NCBI GenBank assembly: GCA_035909535.1
Contig: JAMHZE010000028.1
Location: 1 to 45,345 of the forward strand
Direction: 5' to 3'
DNA from: Rickettsiales bacterium
GTDB lineage: Bacteria; Pseudomonadota; Alphaproteobacteria; Rickettsiales; UBA8987
DNA length: 45,345 nucleotides
The translations under genes and the position numbers were made by a program. Shown piece by piece: positions 19,303 to 27,856 of this stretch. The first letter of the stretch is position 1, and every line of letters starts with the position of its first letter. The notes beneath the pieces were generated by a model. That model made no database searches and was not told where the DNA came from. It worked only from the letters and a program-made list of their open reading frames with translations.

Positions 19303-20834
19303 TGGACAGAAGCGGCGTGACATTATCCGGCAAGGTAACGGTAAAACTGGTATTTTATCTGTTCCTTATATTTACCGTGGTGCTGCTTGGTTCACTGCTG
19401 CTTATCAATAAACAGTTCCATAAAGAGGTAGAGAAGAAAGCGCGTTTTATAAGCCGCTATCATGTAGAATCGCTTTCAAAGCCAATGTGGGACCTAGACC
19501 ACGTTCAGGTGCGCAACATAGTGCAGCACATTGCTGCAGAAGATTTTGTTGTAAAGGCGCTGCTCAAGGATAGTGAAGGCAAGCTGATAGTGCAGGAGGG
19601 GCGTATATTACCGCAGAACGTGCAGAGCAAAGGCGGTAAAAAATATATAGATGCTAATGATTTCGAATTCTATTCCGATGATGTCAGCTATTTCTATCGC
19701 GGTAAGAGCCGTCCTCTTGGCACGCTCGAAATATATGTAGATAGTTCGCAGGCGCACAACTTCCTGCTTGGGCTTATGCTTAAGATACTTGTTTCCAGCG
19801 GTGTGTTACTGTTGCTGCTTATCTTTGTAATTAACCGCACCATACGTAACAGTATGGCGCCGGTGGTATCGCTCAGCCATCAGCTTAGCAGTATGGATGA
19901 GAACACGCATCTTGATGTTACTCAGTTCCGCCCGGATGTGAAAGAGGTAGAGGAACTACAGACCGCTCTGGTTAAAATGAAGCGCCATTATGATTCTTAC
20001 AAGGGCGATCTGGAAGAGCAGGTGCAGAACCGCACGCGTGAGCTCAATGACTATAAAGGCCAGCTGGAAGATATGGTGGAAGAGCAGATAAGCGACATAA
20101 AGGCCGCGAAGGAACAGGCAGAGCGTGCCAATAATTCCAAGAGCGAGTTTCTTGCCAATATGAGTCACGAACTTCGCACGCCGATGCATGCTATAATCAG
20201 CTATTCGCAGATGGGTATGGAGAAGGTGGAAACTGCAGGTGCTGATAAACTCAGCAAATATTTTGATAATATAAACAAAAGCGGCAGGCGTTTACTTTCC
20301 CTGCTGAATGACCTGCTGGATCTTTCCAAGCTGGAAGCCGGTGGTATGATAATAAGCCCGGAACAAGGTAACATCAAAGGTGTAACAGAAGATGTGGCCG
20401 CAGAGCTGGATACGCTGCTTAAAGCGCGCGGCCTGAAACTGCATCATGAGGTGGAAACGGAAGATACATCATGCCGCCACGACAGGGTTGGTATAGCGCG
20501 CGTGCTTATGAACCTGCTTTCCAACGCAATCAAATTCTCGCCGGATGGTGGCACTATAACACTGCGGTATCGCGATACCTTCCTTCCTTCTGCGCGCGGT
20601 AGTGTACCTGCTCTGGAAATATCGGTGGAAGATGAAGGCGTAGGAATACCGGAAGATGAGCTTGAAAAGATCTTCGATAAATTCGTACAGAGCAGTAAAA
20701 CCAAATCTGGCAGCGGTGGTACTGGCCTCGGCCTTTCCATTTGCCGCGAGATAGTAGTGGCGCACAAAGGCCATATCCGTGCACAGAATAACAGCGATAA
20801 AGGCGCAAAATTGATATTTGCCATACCACGCTGA
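19302..20834 (+). CDS. Sensor histidine kinase (2 TM, periplasmic loop, HAMP/coiled linker, HisKA, HATPase_c)
   Basis: 510 aa. It has the H-box FLANMSHELRTPMHAI, the N-box LLSNAIKFSPDGG, G1 VEDEGVGIPEDE and G2 SGSGGTGLGLSICREIV. Confidence 0.9.
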   Translation: MDRSGVTLSGKVTVKLVFYLFLIFTVVLLGSLLLINKQFHKEVEKKARFISRYHVESLSKPMWDLDHVQVRNIVQHIAAEDFVVKALLKDSEGKLIVQEGRILPQNVQSKGGKKYIDANDFEFYSDDVSYFYRGKSRPLGTLEIYVDSSQAHNFLLGLMLKILVSSGVLLLLLIFVINRTIRNSMAPVVSLSHQLSSMDENTHLDVTQFRPDVKEVEELQTALVKMKRHYDSYKGDLEEQVQNRTRELNDYKGQLEDMVEEQISDIKAAKEQAERANNSKSEFLANMSHELRTPMHAIISYSQMGMEKVETAGADKLSKYFDNINKSGRRLLSLLNDLLDLSKLEAGGMIISPEQGNIKGVTEDVAAELDTLLKARGLKLHHEVETEDTSCRHDRVGIARVLMNLLSNAIKFSPDGGTITLRYRDTFLPSARGSVPALEISVEDEGVGIPEDELEKIFDKFVQSSKTKSGSGGTGLGLSICREIVVAHKGHIRAQNNSDKGAKLIFAIPR

Positions 20835-20858
20835 TATAATTAATATTAGGTTTAAAAC

Positions 20859-21752
20859 ATGAGCGGAAACACAAAAAGAATACTTGTAGTAGATGATGAA
20901 GACCTTAACCGGGATATTCTTAATGAATATCTTCAGGATGCAGGATTCACCGTATTCAGCGCATCCAACGGGCTAGAGGCCATCGCGCAGCTAACCGAGA
21001 ATTCTCCTATAGATGCCATAGTGCTGGATCGCATGATGCCAGTGATGGATGGCATGTCATTCATGGCAACACTTAACGGCCTGGAAAAATACCGCGATAT
21101 TCCTGTTATAATGCAAACTGCAGCTGGCTCGCCAGAGCAGATAATGGAAGGCATAGCAGCGGGCGTTTTCTATTATCTTACCAAGCCGTATGAAAAGGTA
21201 ACCCTGCTTACCATACTCAATTCTGCGCTGGAACAACGCACTGGTCGCCGCGTTGCCGCTAATGAACTCAATTCATACCGCAATGCAATGCACTTCATGC
21301 AGCAAAGCAGTTTCAGTTTCAAAACCCTCGATGAAGCGCGAGATATAGCAATAACCATAGCCGCAGCTTTCCCTAAGCCGGAAAAAGTTCTGTTCGGCCT
21401 TAATGAACTTATGGTGAATGCTATAGAACACGGCAATCTTGGCATTACCTGTGAAGGCAAGAAGAAGCTTCTGGTAGAAAACAACTGGCAGTCGGAAGTT
21501 GAGCGCAGGCTGAGAATGCCGGAATATAAAGATAGATTCGCGACCATTACCTTTACTTACAATCCGGAATTTCTGGAGGTAGTGATAACCGATATGGGTG
21601 ATGGCTTTGACTACGCACAATATATGCAGTTCAACGCATCACGCCTGCTGGACCCTAACGGTCGCGGTATCGCAATGTCTAAAATGTATTCTTTCAGTGA
21701 AATAGAATTCCGTGGCAAAGGTAACGAGGTCGCCTGCCGCGTGAAAATATAA
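20859..21752 (+). CDS. Response regulator: receiver domain fused to an RsbW/SpoIIAB-like GHKL ATPase (putative Ser kinase/anti-sigma-type) output domain
   Basis: 297 aa. The receiver has ILVVDDED, VLDRMMPVMDG and YLTKP. The C-terminal half has the N-box ELMVNAIEHGN, G1 ITDMGDGFD and G2 NGRGIAMSKM. Confidence 0.75.
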   Translation: MSGNTKRILVVDDEDLNRDILNEYLQDAGFTVFSASNGLEAIAQLTENSPIDAIVLDRMMPVMDGMSFMATLNGLEKYRDIPVIMQTAAGSPEQIMEGIAAGVFYYLTKPYEKVTLLTILNSALEQRTGRRVAANELNSYRNAMHFMQQSSFSFKTLDEARDIAITIAAAFPKPEKVLFGLNELMVNAIEHGNLGITCEGKKKLLVENNWQSEVERRLRMPEYKDRFATITFTYNPEFLEVVITDMGDGFDYAQYMQFNASRLLDPNGRGIAMSKMYSFSEIEFRGKGNEVACRVKI

Positions 21753-21753
21753 A

Positions 21754-22098
21754 CTAGGCGTTCAGAACGCCTTTCTGTTTCAGCATTTCCTGTAACTCAC
21801 CGCTATCGAACATCTCGCGCATAATGTCGCAGCCGCCAATAAATTCGCCTTTAACGAATATCTGCGGAATGGTCGGCCAGTTATTATATTCTTTTATACC
21901 GTTTCTCAGTGCTTCATTCTCAAGCACGTTGTAATCGGCAAAATCCACGCCAAGATGGTTGAATATGCTCGCCACCGCGCCGGAAAATCCGCACATAGGG
22001 AACTTCTTCGTGCCTTTCATGAACACTACAACATCGTTCCTTTCAATCGCCTCGCGAATGAATTCGTTTATGTTTCCTTCTCTTTCTGTCTTGCTCAT
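21754..22098 (-). CDS. grxD: Monothiol glutaredoxin (Grx4 family)
   Basis: 114 aa. It has the CGFS active site (FPMCGFSG), WPTIPQIFV and GGCDI. Confidence 0.9.
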   Translation of the reverse strand: MSKTEREGNINEFIREAIERNDVVVFMKGTKKFPMCGFSGAVASIFNHLGVDFADYNVLENEALRNGIKEYNNWPTIPQIFVKGEFIGGCDIMREMFDSGELQEMLKQKGVLNA

Positions 22099-22106
22099 AA
22101 TTGCTC

Positions 22107-22325
22107 CTATACAGATGTTTTAATAGATAAAGCGTGTATGTTCAGATGCTTAACGGCATCGCCCACCATGCGGTGCTGTTCAATGCGGCTTTTACCGCTG
22201 AATACCGGGCTTTTTATTAGGGCCTCCCAGTGGTCATTATCGCCTGTAAGGCTGTTCAGCTTTACCTCAGAAGCCGGAAAGGCCTCATCCAGAACCTGCT
22301 GTAATATTTCTCTTTCTACTGGCAT
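22107..22325 (-). CDS. BolA family protein
   Basis: 72 aa. The motif F.GKSRIEQHRMV......IHALSIKT is BolA-like. It lies immediately upstream of the monothiol glutaredoxin, which is the conserved BolA-Grx pairing. Confidence 0.8.
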   Translation of the reverse strand: MPVEREILQQVLDEAFPASEVKLNSLTGDNDHWEALIKSPVFSGKSRIEQHRMVGDAVKHLNIHALSIKTSV

Positions 22326-22415
22326 TTTGTGCAGTTTTCAGTTCCCTGTTAGGGGAAATCGGTTTATAAACTACGGGGAAAATAACATAAAACTGTAAAC
22401 TTAAAACTAAAAACT

Positions 22416-23342
22416 TTGCGGATAATACTTGCACAACCCAGAGGCTTCTGCGCCGGTGTCGACAGGGCGATAGAGATAGTCGAACGTTCCATAGAAAAAT
22501 ATGGCGCGCCGGTCTATGTCCGCCACGAAATAGTCCACAACAAATATGTGGTGGATGATCTCAAAGCTAAAGGCGCCATATTTGTTAAGGAACTCTCCGA
22601 GATACCGGAAGGCGCGGTCACTATTTTCTCTGCACATGGCGTTTCCGAAGCGATAGAGCTGGAGGCAAAATACCGCAACCTGCCGGTGCTAGATGCCACA
22701 TGCCCGCTGGTAACAAAAGTTCACAATCAGGCCATCCGCAATGAAAAGGAAGGCCGCCAGATAATCCTCATCGGCCATGCCGGCCACCCGGAAGTAGAAG
22801 GCACATCAGGCCGTGTTAAAAGCGGCGTATTGCTGGTACAGAACGTTGCAGATGTCGCAACCCTTCAGGTGAAAGATGACAACAATCTTGCCTATGTAAC
22901 GCAAACCACATTAAGCCTTACGGAAACCAAGTCGATAATAGAAGCCTTAAAAGCGCGCTTCCCTAACATCATCGGCCCCGATACCAAAGATATCTGCTAC
23001 GCTACGCAAAACAGGCAGGATGCCGTAAGCATGCTCGCACCTCAGGTAGATGTTCTGCTGGTGGTCGGTGCAAAAAACTCTTCCAACTCCAATCGTTTAA
23101 AAGATCTCGGGGCAGAACTCGGCACCGCCTCATATCTTATAGATACCGCCGCAGATATAGATTCCGCATGGCTGGAAGGTGCTTCAAATATCGGCCTCAC
23201 TGCAGGGGCCTCCGCGCCGGAAGTTCTGGTGAATGAGGTTATAGAACGCATAAATCAGCTACATCCCGGCACCGAGGTAGAGACCATGCAGGGTATAATT
23301 GAGAACGTAAAATTCTATCCGCCGAGGCAGCTGCGTGCATAG
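22416..23342 (+). CDS. ispH: 4-hydroxy-3-methylbut-2-enyl diphosphate reductase
   Basis: 308 aa with a TTG start. It has [47 protein letters not shown] and SSNSNRL. Confidence 0.95.
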   Translation: MRIILAQPRGFCAGVDRAIEIVERSIEKYGAPVYVRHEIVHNKYVVDDLKAKGAIFVKELSEIPEGAVTIFSAHGVSEAIELEAKYRNLPVLDATCPLVTKVHNQAIRNEKEGRQIILIGHAGHPEVEGTSGRVKSGVLLVQNVADVATLQVKDDNNLAYVTQTTLSLTETKSIIEALKARFPNIIGPDTKDICYATQNRQDAVSMLAPQVDVLLVVGAKNSSNSNRLKDLGAELGTASYLIDTAADIDSAWLEGASNIGLTAGASAPEVLVNEVIERINQLHPGTEVETMQGIIENVKFYPPRQLRA

Positions 23343-24579
23343 ATTTGCTCTGTCTGTCATAGCTGTTTTATCAGTTGCCGTATTTTCCATTCCCGCCCGT
23401 GCCGACTTCATAAAAGATAACCAGCAGATAACCGAATACCTCCGCTACACTATAGATGCGCGCTACAGCTACGAATATGTAGATGCAGAAAACCGCCCTA
23501 ATAAAGCTAACTCTTCCACTCTCCGTACGCGTCTTGGGCTTCACGCCACCGCTTCAGAAAACCTCACCGGCTTTATAGAGTTCGAGAACACTGCGCTGCT
23601 CGGCCCTGCCAATTTCGCTCATGCGGGTAACAAAAAATCAGCCAGCTACCCAACCGTAAACGCGCCGAATAATGCAGAGGTCAATCAACTCTATGTTAAT
23701 TATAAAGCGCTTCATGAAACTTCGATCCGTGCCGGCAGGCAGGTTCTAACCCTAGATGACAGGCGTTTTCTGGATCATTCATCTTCTAGCCAGAACGGTG
23801 TAACTTTTGATGCACTGCATCTAACCAATAACTATCTGCCATATCTCAAGGCGCAGTATATGTACATCTTCCGCCAGATACGCAATGTCGGCCATCAGGT
23901 TGCGGGCAGCACATACGGGCTGGATACACATATGTTCAACCTTAATTTCAAAGCTTATGATAATGACGGCGATACCTTGAACCTTGTGCCGTATCATTAT
24001 CTTATCGGCATAGATGAAACGCCTGCCGCATCTAACAGCACCAGCGGCTTAAGGGTAAAGGCCATGCACAAGGCCACAGATGTTAAACTCGGGTTGTTGT
24101 TAGATGCTGCCACGCAAAGCGATCACGAGAATAATCCTAACAACTATCGCCACGGTTACTACCGTATCGAACCTTCAATGAAATATGCAGCTTTTGGCCT
24201 GCGCGCAGGTTATGAAACCTTTGAGGGCAACGGTGTAACCAATTTCCAGATACCTCTGGGCGGCAGGCATTCATTCAACGGCTGGGCAGACGTAATTCCG
24301 CTTCCGCCGCCTAACGGCCTTAACGATAAATATCTTATCCTTACCTATGATGTTCCTCAAACAGGCTATTCTGTTCTCAATGATGTGCAGCTTATAGCGG
24401 GCTACAATCATTTCCATTCCGATAATCGTAAAATAGAATACGGCGATGAGTACGATCTTGGTTTTATTAAAAAACTGAACGATAATTACAGCATAGGCGT
24501 GGAATATTCCGATTATCATGCCGCCGCAATAGGGCCAGATGCCAGAAAAATGTGGCTCTATCTGGCAATAAAATATTAA
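23335..24579 (+). CDS. Outer-membrane beta-barrel protein, alginate-export (AlgE-like) family
   Basis: 414 aa with a GTG start that overlaps the ispH stop by 8 nt. The signal peptide ends in ...SIPARA. It has [22 protein letters not shown]...QNGVTFDA, alternating-hydrophobic strands and a C-terminal aromatic residue (..LAIKY). Confidence 0.7.
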   Translation: MHRFALSVIAVLSVAVFSIPARADFIKDNQQITEYLRYTIDARYSYEYVDAENRPNKANSSTLRTRLGLHATASENLTGFIEFENTALLGPANFAHAGNKKSASYPTVNAPNNAEVNQLYVNYKALHETSIRAGRQVLTLDDRRFLDHSSSSQNGVTFDALHLTNNYLPYLKAQYMYIFRQIRNVGHQVAGSTYGLDTHMFNLNFKAYDNDGDTLNLVPYHYLIGIDETPAASNSTSGLRVKAMHKATDVKLGLLLDAATQSDHENNPNNYRHGYYRIEPSMKYAAFGLRAGYETFEGNGVTNFQIPLGGRHSFNGWADVIPLPPPNGLNDKYLILTYDVPQTGYSVLNDVQLIAGYNHFHSDNRKIEYGDEYDLGFIKKLNDNYSIGVEYSDYHAAAIGPDARKMWLYLAIKY

Positions 24580-24634
24580 TATTTCAGGCAAAATCGCTTG
24601 GATTTTCTGCAAAAAACACTATCTATAGCATGAA

Positions 24635-24721
24635 GGCTGGGCGGCAGGCGTACAGTTCTGCCAACTCGGACAGGGCCGAAAGGAAGCATCCGTAACAGTT
24701 CTGGCGGGTTGCTGTCCAGTC
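24635..24721 (+). ncRNA. ffs: Signal recognition particle RNA (4.5S, small bacterial type)
   Basis: This is a long imperfect hairpin. 5' GGCUGGGCGGCAG pairs with 3' UUGCUGUCCAGUC (13 bp including G-U pairs). The apex is ACAGGGCC-GAAA-GGAAGCAU, reproducing the conserved domain IV (E. coli: UCAGGUCC-GGAA-GGAAGCAG) with a GNRA tetraloop and the CAGG/AGCA symmetric loop. The ends are approximate to within +/-5 nt. Confidence 0.85.
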
Positions 24722-24741
24722 TTCACTAACAGGGAATAAAA

Positions 24742-25482
24742 ATGTCTCTCAATGCAGCAAGTATAAATCCGGAAGAAGTGGAAAAGTTTTCCCGCATGGC
24801 GGAAGACTGGTGGAACCCTAACGGCAAGTTCAAACCGCTGCATAAACTTAATCCTATACGCCTGCGCTATATCCGTGAAAAGCTGATAGAAAATTTCAGC
24901 CTCAATGCAAATTCAACCCAGCCTCTGCAAGGCCTGAAGATCCTTGATATCGGCTGCGGTGGCGGCCTGCTTTCTGTGCCGCTTGCGCGTCTTGGTGCAA
25001 CCGTCACCGGCATAGATGCCAGCGAAAAGAACATAAACATCGCCAACGCCCATATCGCTAAAGAAGGGGTAGAGGTTGAGTTCATGAACATCTCGGCGGA
25101 AGAACTCGCAGCAACAGGCCGTCAGTTCGATGTCGTTCTTAATATGGAGGTCATTGAGCACGTGGCTGATGTAAACTCTTTCATGAATGCATCATCACAG
25201 CTGCTAAGGCAGGGCGGTTTAATGTTCATGGCAACGCTTAACCGCACGGCAAAAAGCTATGTATTCGCAATCGTCGGTGCAGAATATATAATGCGCTGGC
25301 TGCCCGCAGGCACGCATGATTGGCGCAAGTTCCTCAAACCGCACGAGATAGCCGAGCAGTTCCGTAATAACGATATCGAGCATATGGAATCCAAGGGCAT
25401 CAAATACAATCCCGTGCGCGATGAGTTCTCTATCGATGAGAATTTAGATGTGAACTACATGATGCTCGGAAAGAAGCTTTAA
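24742..25482 (+). CDS. ubiG: Bifunctional 3-demethylubiquinol 3-O-methyltransferase / 2-polyprenyl-6-hydroxyphenol methylase
   Basis: 246 aa. It has F...A..WW.P.G.F.PLH..NP.R. and the SAM-binding ILDIGCGGGLLS, and ends ...GTHDW.KF..P.E. Confidence 0.9.
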   Translation: MSLNAASINPEEVEKFSRMAEDWWNPNGKFKPLHKLNPIRLRYIREKLIENFSLNANSTQPLQGLKILDIGCGGGLLSVPLARLGATVTGIDASEKNINIANAHIAKEGVEVEFMNISAEELAATGRQFDVVLNMEVIEHVADVNSFMNASSQLLRQGGLMFMATLNRTAKSYVFAIVGAEYIMRWLPAGTHDWRKFLKPHEIAEQFRNNDIEHMESKGIKYNPVRDEFSIDENLDVNYMMLGKKL

Positions 25483-25496
25483 AACTCCCTCATACT

Positions 25497-26231
25497 TTAA
25501 GGGCGGAACGCCAGCATGCAGTTTTTCCCTTCAACCTCTATCAGATATCTGGAGTCAGTTGTAGGCATCAGGTCATTAGGCTCATCATAACAGTCATCAG
25601 AAGGGGCGCTTATTTCATACATGGAAGATCTTATCACTCCTGATCCAGGCTTCCCGTCGTCCATTTTACTGTCGATACTATAAATATCATAAGCCATATA
25701 AGATGGTACAGAATGACCGTCAGAACGTGCGCCCATAACTTGAAGCCAGTTGCCTACACTAAGTCCTGCCTCTGGCCCGCTAACAGCTATAAGCGCATTT
25801 GCATCCCCCCATCTTGTCATTGAATAAGAGTCTGTTTCAAAATTTATATCCTGTGGTGGTACGTTCGGGCTTATTATTCCTCCTTGTTTATATCCAATTG
25901 GGTTATATAGCCCGCTATTCTGTAAATGCATCCAAACACAAACCTGTTCGTTAATAAGGGCATCGCCTATAAGGCCGCTACCATTGCCTTCTACCGGTGT
26001 GCCATCATTACATTCCGGAAAAAATCTTGTTGGTTTGCGTATATCTCCGGGAAGGCCATCATACTTTGTCTGGAATGCAGCTAATGCCAGCTTAAAATCA
26101 TTTAGCTTTCTTATTTCCTGGCGTATCTGAGCCTGTTTTATTAGTTCCTGACCCTGCAATACGCCGCCTACCAGCAGGCCTATTATCACCAGCACAATTG
26201 CCAGTTCCACAAGCGTAAATCCTTTTTTCAT
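25497..26231 (-). CDS. Type IV pilin-like / pseudopilin-like protein with a prepilin N-terminal cleavage-methylation motif
   Basis: 244 aa. The class III signal is MKKG|FTLVELAIVLVIIGLLVGGVL (Gly-1, Phe+1, Glu+5). It has four Cys, including a C-terminal C-X24-C pair (CYDEP...GKNC) resembling a pilin D-region. Its start overlaps the oxyR stop (TAATG, 26229-26233). Confidence 0.8.
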   Translation of the reverse strand: MKKGFTLVELAIVLVIIGLLVGGVLQGQELIKQAQIRQEIRKLNDFKLALAAFQTKYDGLPGDIRKPTRFFPECNDGTPVEGNGSGLIGDALINEQVCVWMHLQNSGLYNPIGYKQGGIISPNVPPQDINFETDSYSMTRWGDANALIAVSGPEAGLSVGNWLQVMGARSDGHSVPSYMAYDIYSIDSKMDDGKPGSGVIRSSMYEISAPSDDCYDEPNDLMPTTDSRYLIEVEGKNCMLAFRP

Positions 26232-27115
26232 TATGCTCCTTTTACCTTCTCAACTATTTTTTCAAACAGGCCGCTGCGCTGACTTTCCTTGCGCCATACC
26301 AGTGCAATATCACGTCTCGCATTCTCAGATGAATCGAACGGAATATAATTTATCCCATCATTCTCGTGCATTGCCATTGCTGGCATAAGCGTCATTCCCA
26401 TGCCGCTGGCAACCATGTTCCTCAGGGTTTCCAAACTTGTCGCGCGGAAGCTTTTATTCTCGCGTGCGCCGCTTAATCTGCATACCTGCATCGCCTGATC
26501 GCGCAAACAGTGGCCATCTTCCAGCAGTAGCAGCTTCTGATCTTTTATATCTTCCAGAGAAACCTTGTCCTTCTTGAACTTCATGCTGCTGCCCTGCACG
26601 TGCTTTGGCGCGGCAAGGAAGAACTTCTCGCTGAAAACCTTTCTCACGGTAAATTTACGGTTTTTTATCGGCATGGCTAAAAACGCAGCATCTATCTCGC
26701 CCCTGTCCAGCATCTCAATAAGCTTCTCGGTCTTTTCTTCTACAAGGTAAAGGCTTACATCCGGAAAGTTCCTGTTTATAAAAGGCACTATCTTCGGAAA
26801 GTAGTAAGGCGCGAGGGTAGGGAAGGCGCCAAGCTTTATATCTCCCGCCAGCGGGTTGCGATGATTCTCAGAAAGCTTCTTTATCTCATCTTCCAGCTTC
26901 AGAATTTCCTTCGCGCGTTGTACTACCTGTAGCCCCGCATCTGTCATCATTACGTTGCGGTTATCGCGTTCAATAAGCTGCACCTGTAAATACTCTTCCA
27001 GCTTTTTTAGCTGCATGCTCAGCGTCGGCTGGGAAATGTGGCAGCTCTCAGCAGCTTTGCGGAAGTTCCTATGGTCATTTACGGCAACCAGATATTTTAG
27101 ATCGCGAAGGTTCAT
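26231..27115 (-). CDS. oxyR: LysR-family hydrogen-peroxide-sensing regulator OxyR
   Basis: 294 aa. The N-terminal HTH is LRDLKYLVAV..HRNFRKAAE.CHISQPTLS.QL.KLEE. The redox motif LLLEDGHCLRDQAMQVC has both OxyR cysteines at the positions equivalent to E. coli C199 and C208. It is divergent from ahpC. Confidence 0.88.
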   Translation of the reverse strand: MNLRDLKYLVAVNDHRNFRKAAESCHISQPTLSMQLKKLEEYLQVQLIERDNRNVMMTDAGLQVVQRAKEILKLEDEIKKLSENHRNPLAGDIKLGAFPTLAPYYFPKIVPFINRNFPDVSLYLVEEKTEKLIEMLDRGEIDAAFLAMPIKNRKFTVRKVFSEKFFLAAPKHVQGSSMKFKKDKVSLEDIKDQKLLLLEDGHCLRDQAMQVCRLSGARENKSFRATSLETLRNMVASGMGMTLMPAMAMHENDGINYIPFDSSENARRDIALVWRKESQRSGLFEKIVEKVKGA

Positions 27116-27145
27116 AATAATATCAATATGTTAACATTTTATATG

Positions 27146-27182
27146 ATAGATTATACCTATTATTAATATAAAATCAATTGAT
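27146..27182. promoter_or_regulatory. Candidate OxyR operator in the oxyR/ahpC divergent region
   Basis: The sequence is ATAG-attatac-CTAT-tattaat-ATAA-aatcaat-TGAT. The first half matches ATAGnnnnnnnCTAT exactly, and the second half is degenerate at the correct 7-nt phasing. A TATAAT lies at 27208-27213, and the ahpC RBS AAGGAG is at 27266-27271. Confidence 0.45.
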
Positions 27183-27279
27183 TATACTTATTAAGTTTAC
27201 AAGCGTATATAATATACCTATCTTAGTGACCAATGTTAGTAAGAAACTTTTAAGAATAATAAATTAAGGAGTACGTATA

Positions 27280-27819
27280 ATGTTAGGAGTAGGTTCACAA
27301 TTCCCGCAGTTCAAACTGGCTGCAACAGTGTCAAACGATCTGGATACTGCATTTAAAAATATTGATAATAAAACATACAAAGATAAATGGCTTTGCGTGT
27401 TCTTTTACCCGAAAGATTTCACTTTCGTTTGCCCTACAGAAATAGCTGAGTTCGGCAAACTTACTAAAGATTTCGCAGACAGGGATTGCCAGGTACTTGG
27501 CGGTTCGGTTGATTCTGAATTCGTGCACCTTGCATGGAGAAAAGACCATAAAGATCTGAACAACCTTCCATTCCCTCTGCTTGCAGATTTCAAGCGTGAG
27601 CTTAGCTCTGCTCTTGGCATTATAGATGCTGAAGGTGGTTTCTCTCAGCGTGCTACATTCCTTGTAGACCCGGAAGGAATTATCCGTTTCGCTTACGTTA
27701 CAGATGGTAAAGTTGGCCGTAACCCTGCAGAAGTTCTGCGCGTTCTTGATGCACTACAGTCAGATGAACTCTGCCCGTGCAACTGGAAGAAGGGTGATGC
27801 TCCGCTTAAGGCTGCATAG
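27280..27819 (+). CDS. ahpC: Peroxiredoxin AhpC (AhpD-dependent, mycobacterial-type)
   Basis: 179 aa. The peroxidatic Cys is in DFTFVCPTEI, and the C-terminal ELCPCNWKKGD motif resembles AhpD-coupled AhpC proteins. A strong RBS lies upstream. Confidence 0.93.
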   Translation: MLGVGSQFPQFKLAATVSNDLDTAFKNIDNKTYKDKWLCVFFYPKDFTFVCPTEIAEFGKLTKDFADRDCQVLGGSVDSEFVHLAWRKDHKDLNNLPFPLLADFKRELSSALGIIDAEGGFSQRATFLVDPEGIIRFAYVTDGKVGRNPAEVLRVLDALQSDELCPCNWKKGDAPLKAA

Positions 27820-27856
27820 GTCTGGCGGATTTAATAGAATAAATTAATACCCTGAA

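Noticed and set aside
24580-24741. A possible riboswitch or leader upstream of ubiG, and a 74-aa minus-strand ORF (24619-24843).
   Set aside because: The structured element matches SRP RNA domain IV and forms one long hairpin typical of 4.5S RNA, not a known SAM or cofactor riboswitch. The ORF overlaps both the RNA gene and the ubiG 5' end.
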